DNA of 64,000 nucleotides from Oopsacas minuta (Eukaryota > Animalia > Porifera): positions 124,001 through 188,000 of the forward strand of contig JAKMXF010000066.1 in assembly GCA_024704765.1 (NCBI GenBank), in the 5' to 3' direction. Below, piece by piece: positions 12,135 through 23,984 of the stretch; the stretch's first letter is position 1, and each line of letters begins with the position of its first letter. The position numbers and the translations under genes are program-made. Below the pieces are notes generated by a model, which saw only the letters and a list, made by a program, of their open reading frames with translations, ran no database searches and had not been told where the DNA came from.

Positions 12135-12866
12135 TTAATCAAAATAATTTGGGAATATTGAAATATAATGTGGGTTATCCCATGTATGTGACGCTTGGTG
12201 AATAGCATTTGTCTCAAAGAAAAATTCATGACTTGTCTTGATATTCCAACTACTGATTACATACTCGATTTTGTTCAATAGTTCCCTGAAGTCTTCTTTA
12301 AGTTTACTGTCCCAATAATGGCTGTCTTCTACATAAGAATATGTTAGATTCCTTCTTCTCGGTACCATTGCACATACAATAATAGGATATAGCCGGATGA
12401 TCACTCCCGATTTGACTAATTTTATAATCCAGTTGCTGTATTCTTTTAGTGCTTGTTCATAGTCTAAATGGCCAAGATAGAAATGCGAGAAAAAAAGATT
12501 AAGAAAAATCAATTCTCCACGCAATAAACCTTGGATTTGAGAAATTATTTGATATATATAACTTTGACAGTCGATACATGAACTGTTATTTAGTTTGATG
12601 CTTAGATGGAACTCAGTATTTCCTGTAACAGGTAATCTACCTAAAGAATGTAATCTCTCTACTCTGCTGTATATGTGATCAAGTACAAATTCTTCAGCAT
12701 GAATATGTTGATCTGGATCATTGAGAGATGATTGAAAAATGGTCGTTGTATTCCCATAATTGATAATGTGTAAAGACATCCTACATACAGTCATTCGAGG
12801 CGGTTCTGATATTTGCCAGTAACAATCACATTCGAAATCGGTGAAATTCCTGATAAACTCGAACAT
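12135..12866 (-). CDS. AID/APOBEC-like cytidine deaminase, paralog of 10595-11638
   Basis: HAEEFVL and LNNSSCIDC motifs, FTDF, MTVC, FFSHFY; shares the C-terminal S/TWDxPHxxSIxP segment with the + strand paralog. Confidence 0.8.
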   Translation of the reverse strand: MFEFIRNFTDFECDCYWQISEPPRMTVCRMSLHIINYGNTTTIFQSSLNDPDQHIHAEEFVLDHIYSRVERLHSLGRLPVTGNTEFHLSIKLNNSSCIDCQSYIYQIISQIQGLLRGELIFLNLFFSHFYLGHLDYEQALKEYSNWIIKLVKSGVIIRLYPIIVCAMVPRRRNLTYSYVEDSHYWDSKLKEDFRELLNKIEYVISSWNIKTSHEFFFETNAIHQASHTWDNPHYISIFPNYFD

Positions 12867-12909
12867 TATCTTTGCTATTAAACTAAAATAAAAGATATTA
12901 TGTTGTTTA

Positions 12910-13068
12910 GGGGCCGTTCAAACGTTACGTAACGCTACAAGGGGAGGTTGGTGGTATGCGACGTGTGACAGCCCCATTCTTTTGTATTACAAAACGGTGA
13001 AAAGGAGGGACACAGAGAAGGGGGTAAACATTTAAGGAATTTTGCGCTATGTACGTTTGAACAGCCCC
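12910..13068. mobile_element. PIF/Harbinger-type MITE, 159 bp, 44 bp upstream of the minus-strand deaminase start
   Basis: GGGGCCGTTCAAACGT ... ACGTTTGAACAGCCCC with TTA on both flanks. Confidence 0.8.
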
Positions 13069-14578
13069 TTAATATTTTAACAAAATCACATACAAAATGT
13101 TAGCACATGGGTCGTATTCTTCCGTTGAGACATCTTTTTAATATTCTGCAATACAGTCTTCGGTCCCGGCCCGACGCAGACTCAAGACTTTATTATAACA
13201 CTATCACCAAATCCAACCTTGAGTAATGTAATTGAAAAGTAATTGTACGTAATTGTAACATGTGAAAAGATTTAGTAATGAAATTGTAATTGTAACGGAG
13301 AAGATGATGTAATATTCATTGTAACGAGCCTTTGGTTAGTCGCTTCGCTATGAACTCGCGCTATGCGCCATATGGTATACTTTTTGTTCCAAATTGGCGG
13401 TCCCTATGGGGCCGTATTTAGGCAAATTAGATTTAGTTAATTTCATTATATCATAAAAAATATTAAATTTACATATGAGAAACTTGAAAATTCGGATTCA
13501 GCGTACTGGATTACTCCTGTGTAGCCGTTTAGAGCAAACCTGTACGTATATTTTGAGATTTGGCTGATTTGTTTACTTTATATTCATAGATCAACAATAA
13601 ATTTATAGTGTGGCCATGTACATGTGCATCCAGTAGGGGCTTATCAAATATTTTGATTGCTATATATGTACACCCTCGCTAATCCGAACAGCACTGCTAA
13701 ATTATGTAATATTGTACAGTAGACTCCGTTTAATAGAGCCGCCGGTTAATCGGGTCACTGCCAGAAATAGAACCATACAAAAAGTGCATATATACTCTGC
13801 GGCATAGGTTTGCTAAATCTTCTTTGAGTTGTGATATCGTCGCCTGTAAATTAGAGTCTGCAGCCCTACAAACTTATTTGTTTGAAACACAATTCCATTA
13901 GGTAGTATCAGGTCTATTTTTACAAAATTTGATATTGGGGAAGGTTTTATTTGCAATAGCAGACTAGCTCAGGGATGCGGGTATACCTATTTAATATCTC
14001 CTTGATTCCACACCAGTATATTGGCATTTTATTAGCTCGAAAATCGGATACGATAGTATACTTTAGGAACATCGCGATTTAATTTACCTTCTTCTAATTT
14101 TCCAGCTAAAATATATGTTTCTTCAATAATACAAAATAAATAATCAATTAGTCAATAGTCTCTCATGCTAATAGTCTAGTCCGGCGGCAAAAATTCCGCT
14201 ATTCTTCTAACTAATCAGGAATATCAGTAATAGTTTGAGTAATATTGCTCAAAAATCTTTTGAAATTTGTATGTCCATTATTGATGTGGTTCAACACTTG
14301 TTGAAAATTAACAATTAACAAGTCAGTGGGTTCAATTATAACTTGAGTATTTTGGAAATTTCCCAAATTAACTTTCTAGCAATGATTTGTCAGATATGTG
14401 AATATTACATAATATCTTTTACCAGAGTAAAATGATAACATTTCTTATAATTAGCATAAATAATGGTTCATGAACTACATCTGATTCTATGAATATTAAA
14501 ATTAATGGTTTTCATACTAACTTTAACGGTATTTAAAGGACATCAATATATTTCCAGTATAATATCAGTATCAGTAAA

Positions 14579-15637
14579 ATGCCTTTCTTGATGCTCTTAG
14601 TCGAATTGTCTCCCGTCATAGTAATACCATATATGGTCATGTTACTGTTCATTGTTTGCTATTTGGCTTATCGTAAATACAAAATTAGAATTCAAATCAG
14701 AAATGTCCCATCTTCAACAATTCTACCAGTTGACCTTGCAAAAGTTAAGAAGAATCTGGAGATAGATAATTTAGTGTATACATTCCTCTTAATCTTAGCT
14801 GTATTAGAATTATCATGCAGTGTAAGTTCAGGGATAGATGCGGTCTGTCAATTAGACCTAAAGAGATCTAACAAATCATCATCTAGTCAAATTGTCGTCA
14901 CAAATTATCGTCAAATTATCTTGGTAATTGCCTTAATATTCCCGGGTCTGGTAATTACTGTAACATCTTTACTTTTGATCATATTAAGGAGAGTATATTT
15001 AAATATTCCATATAAAAATTGGATCAAAGGCTATTTATTGTATATTCTACTCAGATCATGTCTAATATTAATACTAAGTTGTATTACCTTTACCTTAGGC
15101 TTTGCAAAGATTATATCATTCCTGTTCAACATCCTTGATTTCTATATCTACTTTTCTAGCAATCACAAATTCTATCTTTTATTGAAAGGTAGAAGAGAAG
15201 AATCTCGTTTACATTATACACGGAATGACTATCGAAAGAAACGTCGAATTGTCAAACAATATAAGTATGCTCAAATCTTCACTACTACCATATTTTTACT
15301 GTATTTGGTTTGTGGATATTTATTGTCAGTCGATTCAGTGTTTAGTATCTTAATTTACCGAAATACTTTATTGGACATTTTGTCTTTAAGCTTGGGTAAC
15401 ACAATCTCTACTTCATATATTGATATCATTTTCTTAATAAGAATCACATTGACATTTATTGAATACATCGTAGTAATGACGGCTGAAATAATGCTAGCAT
15501 TTGTGTATTTATTTGTTTGTGTTGGTATTGTGTACAAGATTATCAGAGATCAATATAAATACAAATATATAAACGATTGGCTGACGAAACCGTTAATGGT
15601 AAGGTACAGAGAAACATTAGCTTACCCGTCATTATAA
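14579..15637 (+). CDS. Uncharacterised multi-pass membrane protein (about 7 hydrophobic segments)
   Basis: 352-aa ORF with about seven long hydrophobic stretches separated by basic loops (RKYKIRIQIR, LRRVYL, YRKKRRIVK); no family motif recognised. Confidence 0.7.
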   Translation: MPFLMLLVELSPVIVIPYMVMLLFIVCYLAYRKYKIRIQIRNVPSSTILPVDLAKVKKNLEIDNLVYTFLLILAVLELSCSVSSGIDAVCQLDLKRSNKSSSSQIVVTNYRQIILVIALIFPGLVITVTSLLLIILRRVYLNIPYKNWIKGYLLYILLRSCLILILSCITFTLGFAKIISFLFNILDFYIYFSSNHKFYLLLKGRREESRLHYTRNDYRKKRRIVKQYKYAQIFTTTIFLLYLVCGYLLSVDSVFSILIYRNTLLDILSLSLGNTISTSYIDIIFLIRITLTFIEYIVVMTAEIMLAFVYLFVCVGIVYKIIRDQYKYKYINDWLTKPLMVRYRETLAYPSL

Positions 15638-16427
15638 CCAGAGACCAGAATTCATTCAAGCAATTTGATGTAATATAGTATGTTAATTTGTATATGCCAA
15701 ATATGATTATTTTGTAAATTTGATGTGTACATCTCATATTAAAGTGAATCTGATAGTAATCTGTTCCAGGGGGTGATATTATCGGGACGGAAGGTACCAC
15801 GAGCGCCATCACAAATATTTGCTAATCGATCAATTCCCAAGTCTCGGGGTTTTTCAGAGAAGGTTGAAACTCACACAATACCTTGAATCGATCGAGTACT
15901 CTGTCTCGGCCGATCCTCGCCGATTTGGCCGAGGATTTAATATTCCCTTAATTCATGGTATAATAATAACACAATCATCAATGTTTATAGAGTTGGATTT
16001 CTATTATTGTTACGTCATATAATTAGTGAGAATAAAGAGGATGATCCAAATGCATAGAGTAAAGCCATGTATTCATCACTGTCTTACAATTTATCATAGT
16101 CGCTATCAACATTTCCGTGCTGAAGGTTTGCAATAGCACAAAGTGGAAATATTGTGATTAATAGCATACACTACCATTGAGGGAATATTTTGCTCACAAA
16201 TTCAGTATTTTTCACCAAATAGGAACTCGTCCGTAAATTGACCTCAGCTCGGCCGAATTACTGAACTCGGTCGATTGATGCACGATACTCCATTCAGATT
16301 TGATATATGCGATCACTATACAGTGGTAGCTCGTTAATGCGAATGGTTCAGACGAACAATTATTTGCACAAATCTGCTCGCTACAAGAAGAACGTATAAT
16401 TAGTAATTATTTATTTATTTACTTCCG

Positions 16428-16741
16428 CAGGGCTGTATCAATTCTTTTTGAGTTGGCAAAATAGCTTTTTTTGTCTACCAACTCATTCAGCTCATTCAAA
16501 ATAATGTGTGTTGATTTTACCAACTCATTTTTATAACTGATGTATTAGTGAGTTTAAAATATTATAGCTGATGCATTGTTGTTTTGTTTGGAGCAAAATA
16601 CATTGTTACATCGTTTCCCTAGATGATTTCCAATTCTTGGAACAGATAATGTACCTACTTTTCATACCTCCAAGCCCGATTTGCTTTGTCAACTCATTCA
16701 ATTCATTCAATTTATTCAAGAAAATGAGTTGATAACAACCC
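16428..16741. mobile_element. hAT-like MITE, copy of the 38478-38837 family in opposite orientation, right end degenerate
   Basis: Begins CAGGGCTGTATCAA; internal TCTTGGAACAGATAATGTACCTACTTTTCATACC is the reverse complement of sequence at about 38570-38603. Confidence 0.65.
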
Positions 16742-16835
16742 AAAATTTATTTAATTGATCGATTGATTATTTATTATTAATTAATTTTTATTATTTATTT
16801 ATGAAATAATAATTTGATATACATAGTTAACTGTC

Positions 16836-17013
16836 GATACAAGTTGGTCATTTGAGGGAAACTTCGTCACAAATTTTGAACAAGACAACAGGGCATTGCA
16901 GTAGAGCTTCTCTACCCACATGGACTCTGTACAGACTATAACTGAGACGTGTTTGTAATTGATACCGTAGTAAGAATAACACAGTATGTATTTCCTTAGA
17001 AGAACTTAAATTA
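16836..17013 (+). pseudogene. Decayed, internally deleted fragment of an NHL-repeat gene just upstream of the intact paralog
   Basis: ATACAAGTTG..CATTTGAGGGAAACTTCGTCAC.AATTTTG..CAAGACA matches 17350-17400; GACTATAAC.GAGACGTGT.TGTA ... AGAAGAACTTAAATT matches 17560-17635; the intervening sequence is lost and the frame is broken. Confidence 0.75.
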
Positions 17014-17141
17014 CATAACTTCACCAAGTGATTACCTTAGCAACCATCGACCTCAATTGGTATTCTCCAAAAGGAGTATATAAAATGGAGTCTGTATTAG
17101 TAATTAATTCAAACTGGTAACAAACTAAACTCCAATAAACA

Positions 17142-18023
17142 ATGGCGATAAACGAATCAAAGAATTCAAAAGCTACTCGTAAGTATGTTGAAGTGGAAGA
17201 ATGGGTACTGAACTATTCTCTCAAGAAGCAGCCTGTCATAGCTGTAGGGAAGAAAGGGAGAGCTAACAACGAACTATATGATGCTAGAGGTCTAGCTATA
17301 TATGACCCTTATCAGCTGGTATACATAGCTAATTTGGGTCACTGTTGTATACAAGTTGTTACATTTGAGGGAAACTTCGTCACTAATTTTGGGCAAGACA
17401 TACTCAAGGACCCATGTGGTATAGCAGTAACAGAGGATCATGTCTTCGTTACGGACCTTTCTCATAATGCTTTGTTCCAATTCTGTGATTTCAAGCTAGC
17501 GAGGGCTGGTCTCAAAGGATCAGCAGAGGGAAAGTTATGCCGTCCGCGTGGACTTTGTAAAGACTATAACGGAGACGTGTATGTAGCTGATAGTAACAAT
17601 AACAGAGTTTCTGTTTTCTCAGAAGAACTTAAATTCTTAAATAGTTTGGGTACTCAAGAGCTAAGGTTTCCTGTAGATGTAAAAGTAATTCTAAACAGCA
17701 TCCTAGTGCTAGACTGGAACCCACATTGTGTCCACTTCTACTCGAGAAGCGGACACCTGATAAACTCATGCATTTCTCAAGAGATGCATGGGATGGTATG
17801 GTATCCATACTTCTTCTGTTTGGATCCAGCAGGGAATATTCTCATTACCGATTATTACCGTCACGATATCAAGATACTCTCTCCCTCAGGAGAACTAATC
17901 CACACCATAGGGAAGAAAGGATATAGAAGAGGGGAATTAATTTATCCATTGGGTATTTGTATTTCACAATTAGGAACAATTTTTGTTCTATCTAATAAGG
18001 ATAATGTTTTACAAATATTCTAG
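17142..18023 (+). CDS. NHL-repeat beta-propeller protein (TRIM-NHL-like propeller, no RING, B-box or coiled coil)
   Basis: Repeats such as PRGLCKDYNGDVYVADSNNNRVSVF, PCGIAVTEDHVFVTD and PYFFCLDPAGNILITD; terminal LQIF. Confidence 0.88.
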   Translation: MAINESKNSKATRKYVEVEEWVLNYSLKKQPVIAVGKKGRANNELYDARGLAIYDPYQLVYIANLGHCCIQVVTFEGNFVTNFGQDILKDPCGIAVTEDHVFVTDLSHNALFQFCDFKLARAGLKGSAEGKLCRPRGLCKDYNGDVYVADSNNNRVSVFSEELKFLNSLGTQELRFPVDVKVILNSILVLDWNPHCVHFYSRSGHLINSCISQEMHGMVWYPYFFCLDPAGNILITDYYRHDIKILSPSGELIHTIGKKGYRRGELIYPLGICISQLGTIFVLSNKDNVLQIF

Positions 18024-19044
18024 TTGATGTTTGTTGATAAAAAATGATAATTACACAATACTGCCTAAAAATTTGTATCTTCCAGTGTTCTTCGCTTGCT
18101 CATGCTGCATGGCTTGGCGAACACTTAGTTTTTGAGCTCGGCACTTCGTGCCTTGAATTTATTCAAAGGAACAACAATAATTAATTTACATATGATATGA
18201 ATAACTTGAAAGTGCGAAATTCGGAATCAGCGCGGGGTAGTGGATTACCACAGTAAACCGTTGAAACCAAGTTTCTGGGAGTATGGGACAACTGACAAAC
18301 ACACAAACAAACAGACAACAATTGCAATTTAATATTGTTTTGGAATATTTGAGGTGTACATATCATTATTAAACGATATTTATAATATAATTTGTGTTAA
18401 TAAATACAATTTATTAGACAATATTAATAGCCATTAGCCAATTCCTCGATCTAACATCAAACTAGAGTGATTCTAACTTCTAACATTTTAAACCCCTTAG
18501 TAAAACAATACACAACAGAATTAATATAATGATCATAATATAATTCAGGGATGTGGAATAAGACCCAAAGCTGAAGTAGGAATAAGGCCTAAAACTACTA
18601 TTATAGCCATGGAATAGATATATTTTACATATTATGTGGTATCTCATATTTTGTACTCTTGAATTTATTGATGACTTTTCGTGGCATTAGCGTTGGATGT
18701 GGAGCCTGGGAGTTGGCCAGAACTTTCCTTGACGTCCGTACGTGTTGGCGAGTGTCTTTATAACTCACTAAGGATGTTATAGATTGAACATTTTCTTGGA
18801 TTATCTAACTAGATTGGCCTTATCGGAGAATATGAGCATTTCAGTACGCTATTTGGATAGCAGTTCTGAATTATTTCAGGTCTTATTCCTACATTGATTA
18901 TTTTGCGCCTTATATCTAGAATTAGCTCTTATTCCGATGGCCCATATAATTCGTGTAAATAATCATAATTTTGAATGTTAATTCTAATTAATAAATCACT
19001 TTCATAAGACTCCAAGAGTACCCAATCTACAAAATCAAATCACT

Positions 19045-20454
19045 CTAATCAGAAGCAGATATAGCTAGATATCCTATACTACTGTACTGTTTAGCTGCAG
19101 CTATTCTGTCAGGAGCTTGTAGTATCCCTCTACCTACTACCAGTAAGTCAGCAGCATTCTCTCTAACGGCCTGATCAGGATTTGTATACGTCTGCATCAA
19201 GTTATCACTATGTGCATCTATCCTAACACCTGGAGTTAGACACAATAGAGAGCTTGGCTTATTTCTTCCATCCTGACATATCAATCCTACCACACAGTCA
19301 CTATACTCCTTAGCTATCTCTACTGTAGCCTTCACGTAGTCAGCTGATATCAAATTCCTCTCACTACTCATCTCGGTAACCAACAAACAACCTCTCTTCT
19401 CTAAGCTTCCGGTAGATATTAGAACATTTCTAATAGCCATAACAGAACCAGGACCTGCTACAGTATGTACAGTTACGAGATCTGCCCAGTTCAGCAACTC
19501 ATACTGGTGTGTAACAGTATTACCTATGTCAGCTAGTTTCCTATCTTCAAGCAATAGGAAATTACTCTTCACAGCACAAGCTTGCAGTTCTTGTATGAAT
19601 GTAGGAGAGCTATGAAGATCCTTGAGAGAGTCAGTATGTAGCTTTAGCATACAAATGTAATCACCTAATTCACCACACAGCTGTAATACCTCTACACAAG
19701 TAGAAACATCAGCTGATAGAACTAGATTAGTCTTCTTGTCACTGATAATACCGGCTAATCTCTTAGCTACAGGATGTTTCAGCTCCTCTTTACGATGCTG
19801 CAATGTCTTTTTAACAATCTTCTTAGTAAGTGGTATAAAGCTAGATTGTTTGAAGAACAGTCTTACACTCTCTATCTGTTCAAGTGGAGCCTTCTTACAT
19901 TTCTCAATACAATCTAGAATAAGATCAATATTGAGTAGAGCATGTATTGTCATGTCCTGTTTTGATAAATTCTTAATTGCCCCTTGTTGTCTATCTAATA
20001 ACACAATTGTGTGAGAGACTATCAATCCAGCTTCTCTCAGATCATTCGCTACACCCATTACGCTACCTCCACTGCTTACAATGTCCTCTATCATGATACA
20101 ACGGTCTCCCTTCTTGTAGCTGCCCTCTATCTTCTTGCCGGTGCCATGAGACTTCACTTCCGGTCTGCACATTATCATGGGTATCAATTTTGATGTAGAA
20201 ATGACAGAACTTATTGGTAGGGCAGCTAGCGGTACTCCACACATAATATCGAATTCTCCCTGAAGTTCTCTGTCTATCATATCACCCAGCAATTCACAGG
20301 CCTCCTTCATAAGAGGAGGGTAGGAGACCAACAGGCGGAAGTCTACATACACTGGACTAACTGTACCGCTCTTTAGGGTGAATGAACCGAACTGGATTGC
20401 TCCAATATCGTAGATCTTGCAAATGAAGGTATTTAGTAGATCAGAACTAGACAT
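19045..20454 (-). CDS. UMPS: Bifunctional UMP synthase (orotate phosphoribosyltransferase plus OMP decarboxylase), intronless
   Basis: FGSFTLKSG..SPVYVDFR and MIEDIVSSGGS (OPRT); LSADV, LKLH, LLEDRKLADIGNTV, TPGV and LVVGRGI (ODC). Confidence 0.96.
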   Translation of the reverse strand: MSSSDLLNTFICKIYDIGAIQFGSFTLKSGTVSPVYVDFRLLVSYPPLMKEACELLGDMIDRELQGEFDIMCGVPLAALPISSVISTSKLIPMIMCRPEVKSHGTGKKIEGSYKKGDRCIMIEDIVSSGGSVMGVANDLREAGLIVSHTIVLLDRQQGAIKNLSKQDMTIHALLNIDLILDCIEKCKKAPLEQIESVRLFFKQSSFIPLTKKIVKKTLQHRKEELKHPVAKRLAGIISDKKTNLVLSADVSTCVEVLQLCGELGDYICMLKLHTDSLKDLHSSPTFIQELQACAVKSNFLLLEDRKLADIGNTVTHQYELLNWADLVTVHTVAGPGSVMAIRNVLISTGSLEKRGCLLVTEMSSERNLISADYVKATVEIAKEYSDCVVGLICQDGRNKPSSLLCLTPGVRIDAHSDNLMQTYTNPDQAVRENAADLLVVGRGILQAPDRIAAAKQYSSIGYLAISASD

Positions 20455-21795
20455 TTAGTGGTAATTACTATAGAACAGTAGATTGTGTATATGTTATGAG
20501 AGGTGTTAACATTAATGGTACAGTCGAAACCGAGGTTTGTAATTATATATTTGACTGACCTTAGAAATTGCTCATCAATTTTGATGATTATTCTTTATAT
20601 CCAAATCGTCCTAAACTATTACTTGTAAATATTTGGAAAGGATCGGATAGTTTTGAGAAAATTATCAATACTACTTTATTAAATTGATGGATGGATCCTC
20701 CTCCGATCCTCGAAAAGGATATAAATCCCGATCGTACGATCTTTGATCGAAAGATACTAATGCCCTAGTCTTGACGTTTTTACTGTGCCAACTATAGTAA
20801 GTATAGTATAATGGCACAGTTCTAAAATGGTTGACTTTCTTAGTCGGTAGGTATATATGTGTTCGCTCTCCTATTTGCACGGGAATCACACAAATGGAGA
20901 TTAAGCCTCGGGAATTGGCATGTATACTCGTAGTGACATCTAGTTGTTCACCTGGCAATTGAAATTTTATGTGTATATTTTAGCACCTTTTAGGTAATTA
21001 ATCATATTTCCGTACATTTCATGTAAATTCAAAAGAATACTAGAGATTAGGTATCAACTTGTTATCATGGGCTCAACAGACATATAGGGGTAATCAAGTA
21101 CGCTGAATCCGAATTTCGCATTTTCAAGTTTTTCATGTGTAAATTTATTGCTGATTTATGAATATTAAGTAAACAGAATATCCAAATTTCTAAATATTGA
21201 TAGAGACTTTCTCTCAACAGACATGTGGGACCAAACTAAGTTGAATCTGGCGGCCTAAGGGAAATTAGGTCGGCACAGGCGGTGATTTGAGATTTTTCAA
21301 ATTAGTCAATATTATAAAAAATCAGGTTTGTGGGTAATGTTTTCTTCCAATAAACAAATCGTTAGTCGTTAAAACCAAATTATTAAATAGAAAATATAAT
21401 AAATCAATTGATAAATCATGTAGATATCCAAATCTCTAGCATCGTTTTGAAGTATATGCAAAAAGGTGTGAAAATATCATCAATCATTTGATACTATGTG
21501 AATTACTAACTCCCTGATTCTGAAAATGTCCAATTACATCTAACAAGTAACAACAAGTTGAAATCTAATATCTAGCATGCTTTTGTATTTTAGCTCGGAG
21601 TTCTATTATCGAGGGATAATAACTAATTACACAGAATATTAATTTTAACTCAGAATAAAGTATAAGGGATCACTTAACCAGTATATTGACGTATTATAAT
21701 AATGACAAGATATATTTGATAAACCTATGTATCCAGTAATTATAATATCAAGTATATATGTATCAAATTATTGAGTTGAAATATATACAAAACAT

Positions 21796-23403
21796 CTAAT
21801 TATTCTTATGAACTCTACCTAACAGATAATATTGCCTATAAGTAACATACGTATCACTACTACTGATAAATGGCAAGTAAAAAGCACGGAAAATTCTATG
21901 AGAATTTATTTTATCTAAGAATGGATAAGAGTATATAAGCTTCCATTCTTGTGTGTTGTTAATGAAGTCAGGTTCTAACAGGGAATTATCTCCTGTATCT
22001 ATATCAACAATAAAATCACAGTTATTGTAAGCTGTATAGCTTGTTAATTCTTCTAAATTCATATCATTCATATGTTCTGGTATTTCCCTTGAGTCTATAT
22101 TAAACTTCTGCGGGAGTTGTCCACGAAATTCTGATTTCATAAATCCTAAAGTAATTTTACCAGATGGTAGAAAGAAGTTAGACGGAAAGCGATACCATTC
22201 TCTCCCTACACACAATACAGTATTAGGATCAGATACAGGTATATCTTCGAATGAATAATGTATCAGTGAATACAATACAATAGGAGCTCTGTAGCCAGTA
22301 ACAAGTATAGATATACGGGAGAGAGATAGGAGGGAATAGATTATGAGAGAAAGCGCGGTGATTAACTGTCTAACTCTTGTATTTCTGAATATATTAGCCA
22401 GATAGTGAATGACAACGGAACCGTAGAGAGATAGGAGAGGGTAGATAGGATATAAGAATCTCTCTTCTTTGTGAGGCTGAGAGAAGAATATCAACAACCA
22501 GATACAAGGACCAAGAGACGACAATAACAGAATATTAGAATTCTTAATTATAAGAGACTTAATGTTGAGTATATACGAAATAGATATTATTGGTAGATAT
22601 AGTAAGCTGATTAAGAATACTATGTTAAAATTGAGAAGTAAGTTGAGTAGATAGTAAGTTACTGGTTCAGTACCGTATAGTGTGGGACCTGATTTACTGA
22701 AGATGTTGTATAGGATAATATTCATAGGTGCGAATACCAATCTACCAAAGTAGTAACTATCCACACAAATAAGAGCTGATCCAATAATTAATAAACTCAC
22801 AGCTGACATAAAAGCAAATAGCCTAAATCTACGCTGTATAAATATAATGTCAATAGCAATAGGTAAACCCAATGCTGCACTGAAAGGCCAGCCTATAAGA
22901 GCACTAATAGCAATACAGAACACAGATAATTTAAGATTCGTATTCCACCAAGCAGTGTATGCTAGAGTTACGAATTGAAGAGCGAATGTACTGGGAAGGA
23001 ATGCAGTAGTTGATATAAACATTCCTGTATTGACTGCTAATACAAAAGTTAGAGTATGAGATAGAGAAGTGCTGAATCTTCTACGAACTGAGTTAATGAA
23101 GTAGCTCTCTACTAAGATAGAGAATACGGCTAAACAAACTCTGAGGAAATAGAACAATACTATCTTGCTAACATAGTAACGGAGTGGGTATAATGGAATG
23201 GCGTGTAGGATAATATACAAATAAGAACGTATAGCATATACTGGAGAATATTCCCATGTTTGTAGTCCTTGAGAGAATAGAATGTAATGTAATGGCTCCC
23301 AATAGTTGAATGTCTCATCGCAGTCATTAATTATGTTATAAAGAGATGAGAATATTCGTAGAAAAGAGAGGAAAAGTAGAAGACATGTACTCAGGTAACT
23401 CAT
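21796..23403 (-). CDS. ALG9: Alpha-1,2-mannosyltransferase ALG9, intronless
   Basis: INDCDETFNYWEPLHY, QTWEYSPVYAIRSY, FLPSTF, QPHKEERFLYPIYP and CVGREWYRFPSNFFLP are GT22/ALG9 signatures. Confidence 0.95.
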   Translation of the reverse strand: MSYLSTCLLLFLSFLRIFSSLYNIINDCDETFNYWEPLHYILFSQGLQTWEYSPVYAIRSYLYIILHAIPLYPLRYYVSKIVLFYFLRVCLAVFSILVESYFINSVRRRFSTSLSHTLTFVLAVNTGMFISTTAFLPSTFALQFVTLAYTAWWNTNLKLSVFCIAISALIGWPFSAALGLPIAIDIIFIQRRFRLFAFMSAVSLLIIGSALICVDSYYFGRLVFAPMNIILYNIFSKSGPTLYGTEPVTYYLLNLLLNFNIVFLISLLYLPIISISYILNIKSLIIKNSNILLLSSLGPCIWLLIFFSQPHKEERFLYPIYPLLSLYGSVVIHYLANIFRNTRVRQLITALSLIIYSLLSLSRISILVTGYRAPIVLYSLIHYSFEDIPVSDPNTVLCVGREWYRFPSNFFLPSGKITLGFMKSEFRGQLPQKFNIDSREIPEHMNDMNLEELTSYTAYNNCDFIVDIDTGDNSLLEPDFINNTQEWKLIYSYPFLDKINSHRIFRAFYLPFISSSDTYVTYRQYYLLGRVHKNN

Positions 23404-23984
23404 GCTAAATTTACCAATTTATGAGATATGTAATATTAAATCGCCAGATATAATTGAAATGCCAAAATATTAATAATTTAATTGTGTGCATTATTAAAAT
23501 ATTAAATGAAGGATGTTTGCAGAAATGGTCCCATAAGACCAAGTTGGTGGGAGGACCGTTTTCTGAAAATCAAGGAATAAGTTAGTTTGGAGGATCGCTT
23601 TAGAACAGTCGAAAACAGTTTTCCTAAAATTTCTTGCTCAGCTTGTAAAAAATATTTTGTCAAATTTACAATAATAAAATGGTATAATAAAACGTTTTCG
23701 ACTTTAAAGAGTCCGCGCACTTTAAGCGCGGATAACTTAATATAGGTTCTCTAACAAATAATATAATACGGGCATAATCAAACTTTATAAGTAGTATTTC
23801 AGGATTTTCAAATATCATTCGTCCCCTGATGTATTCTATGTTGTATCCCCTAATCCTATGGGTAAAATTCGGAATAATTATCCTACAATTACCCCTGTCT
23901 AACTATTGAAACGTAATCTCTAGCATGAATTTGAAATAAGCGCGAAATGATGTGAAAAATATGATAAATATTGTAAGTATAGAT

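Noticed and set aside
20671-20958. 95-aa ORF between UMPS and ALG9
   Set aside because: Non-ATG start, no motifs; intergenic AT-rich sequence.
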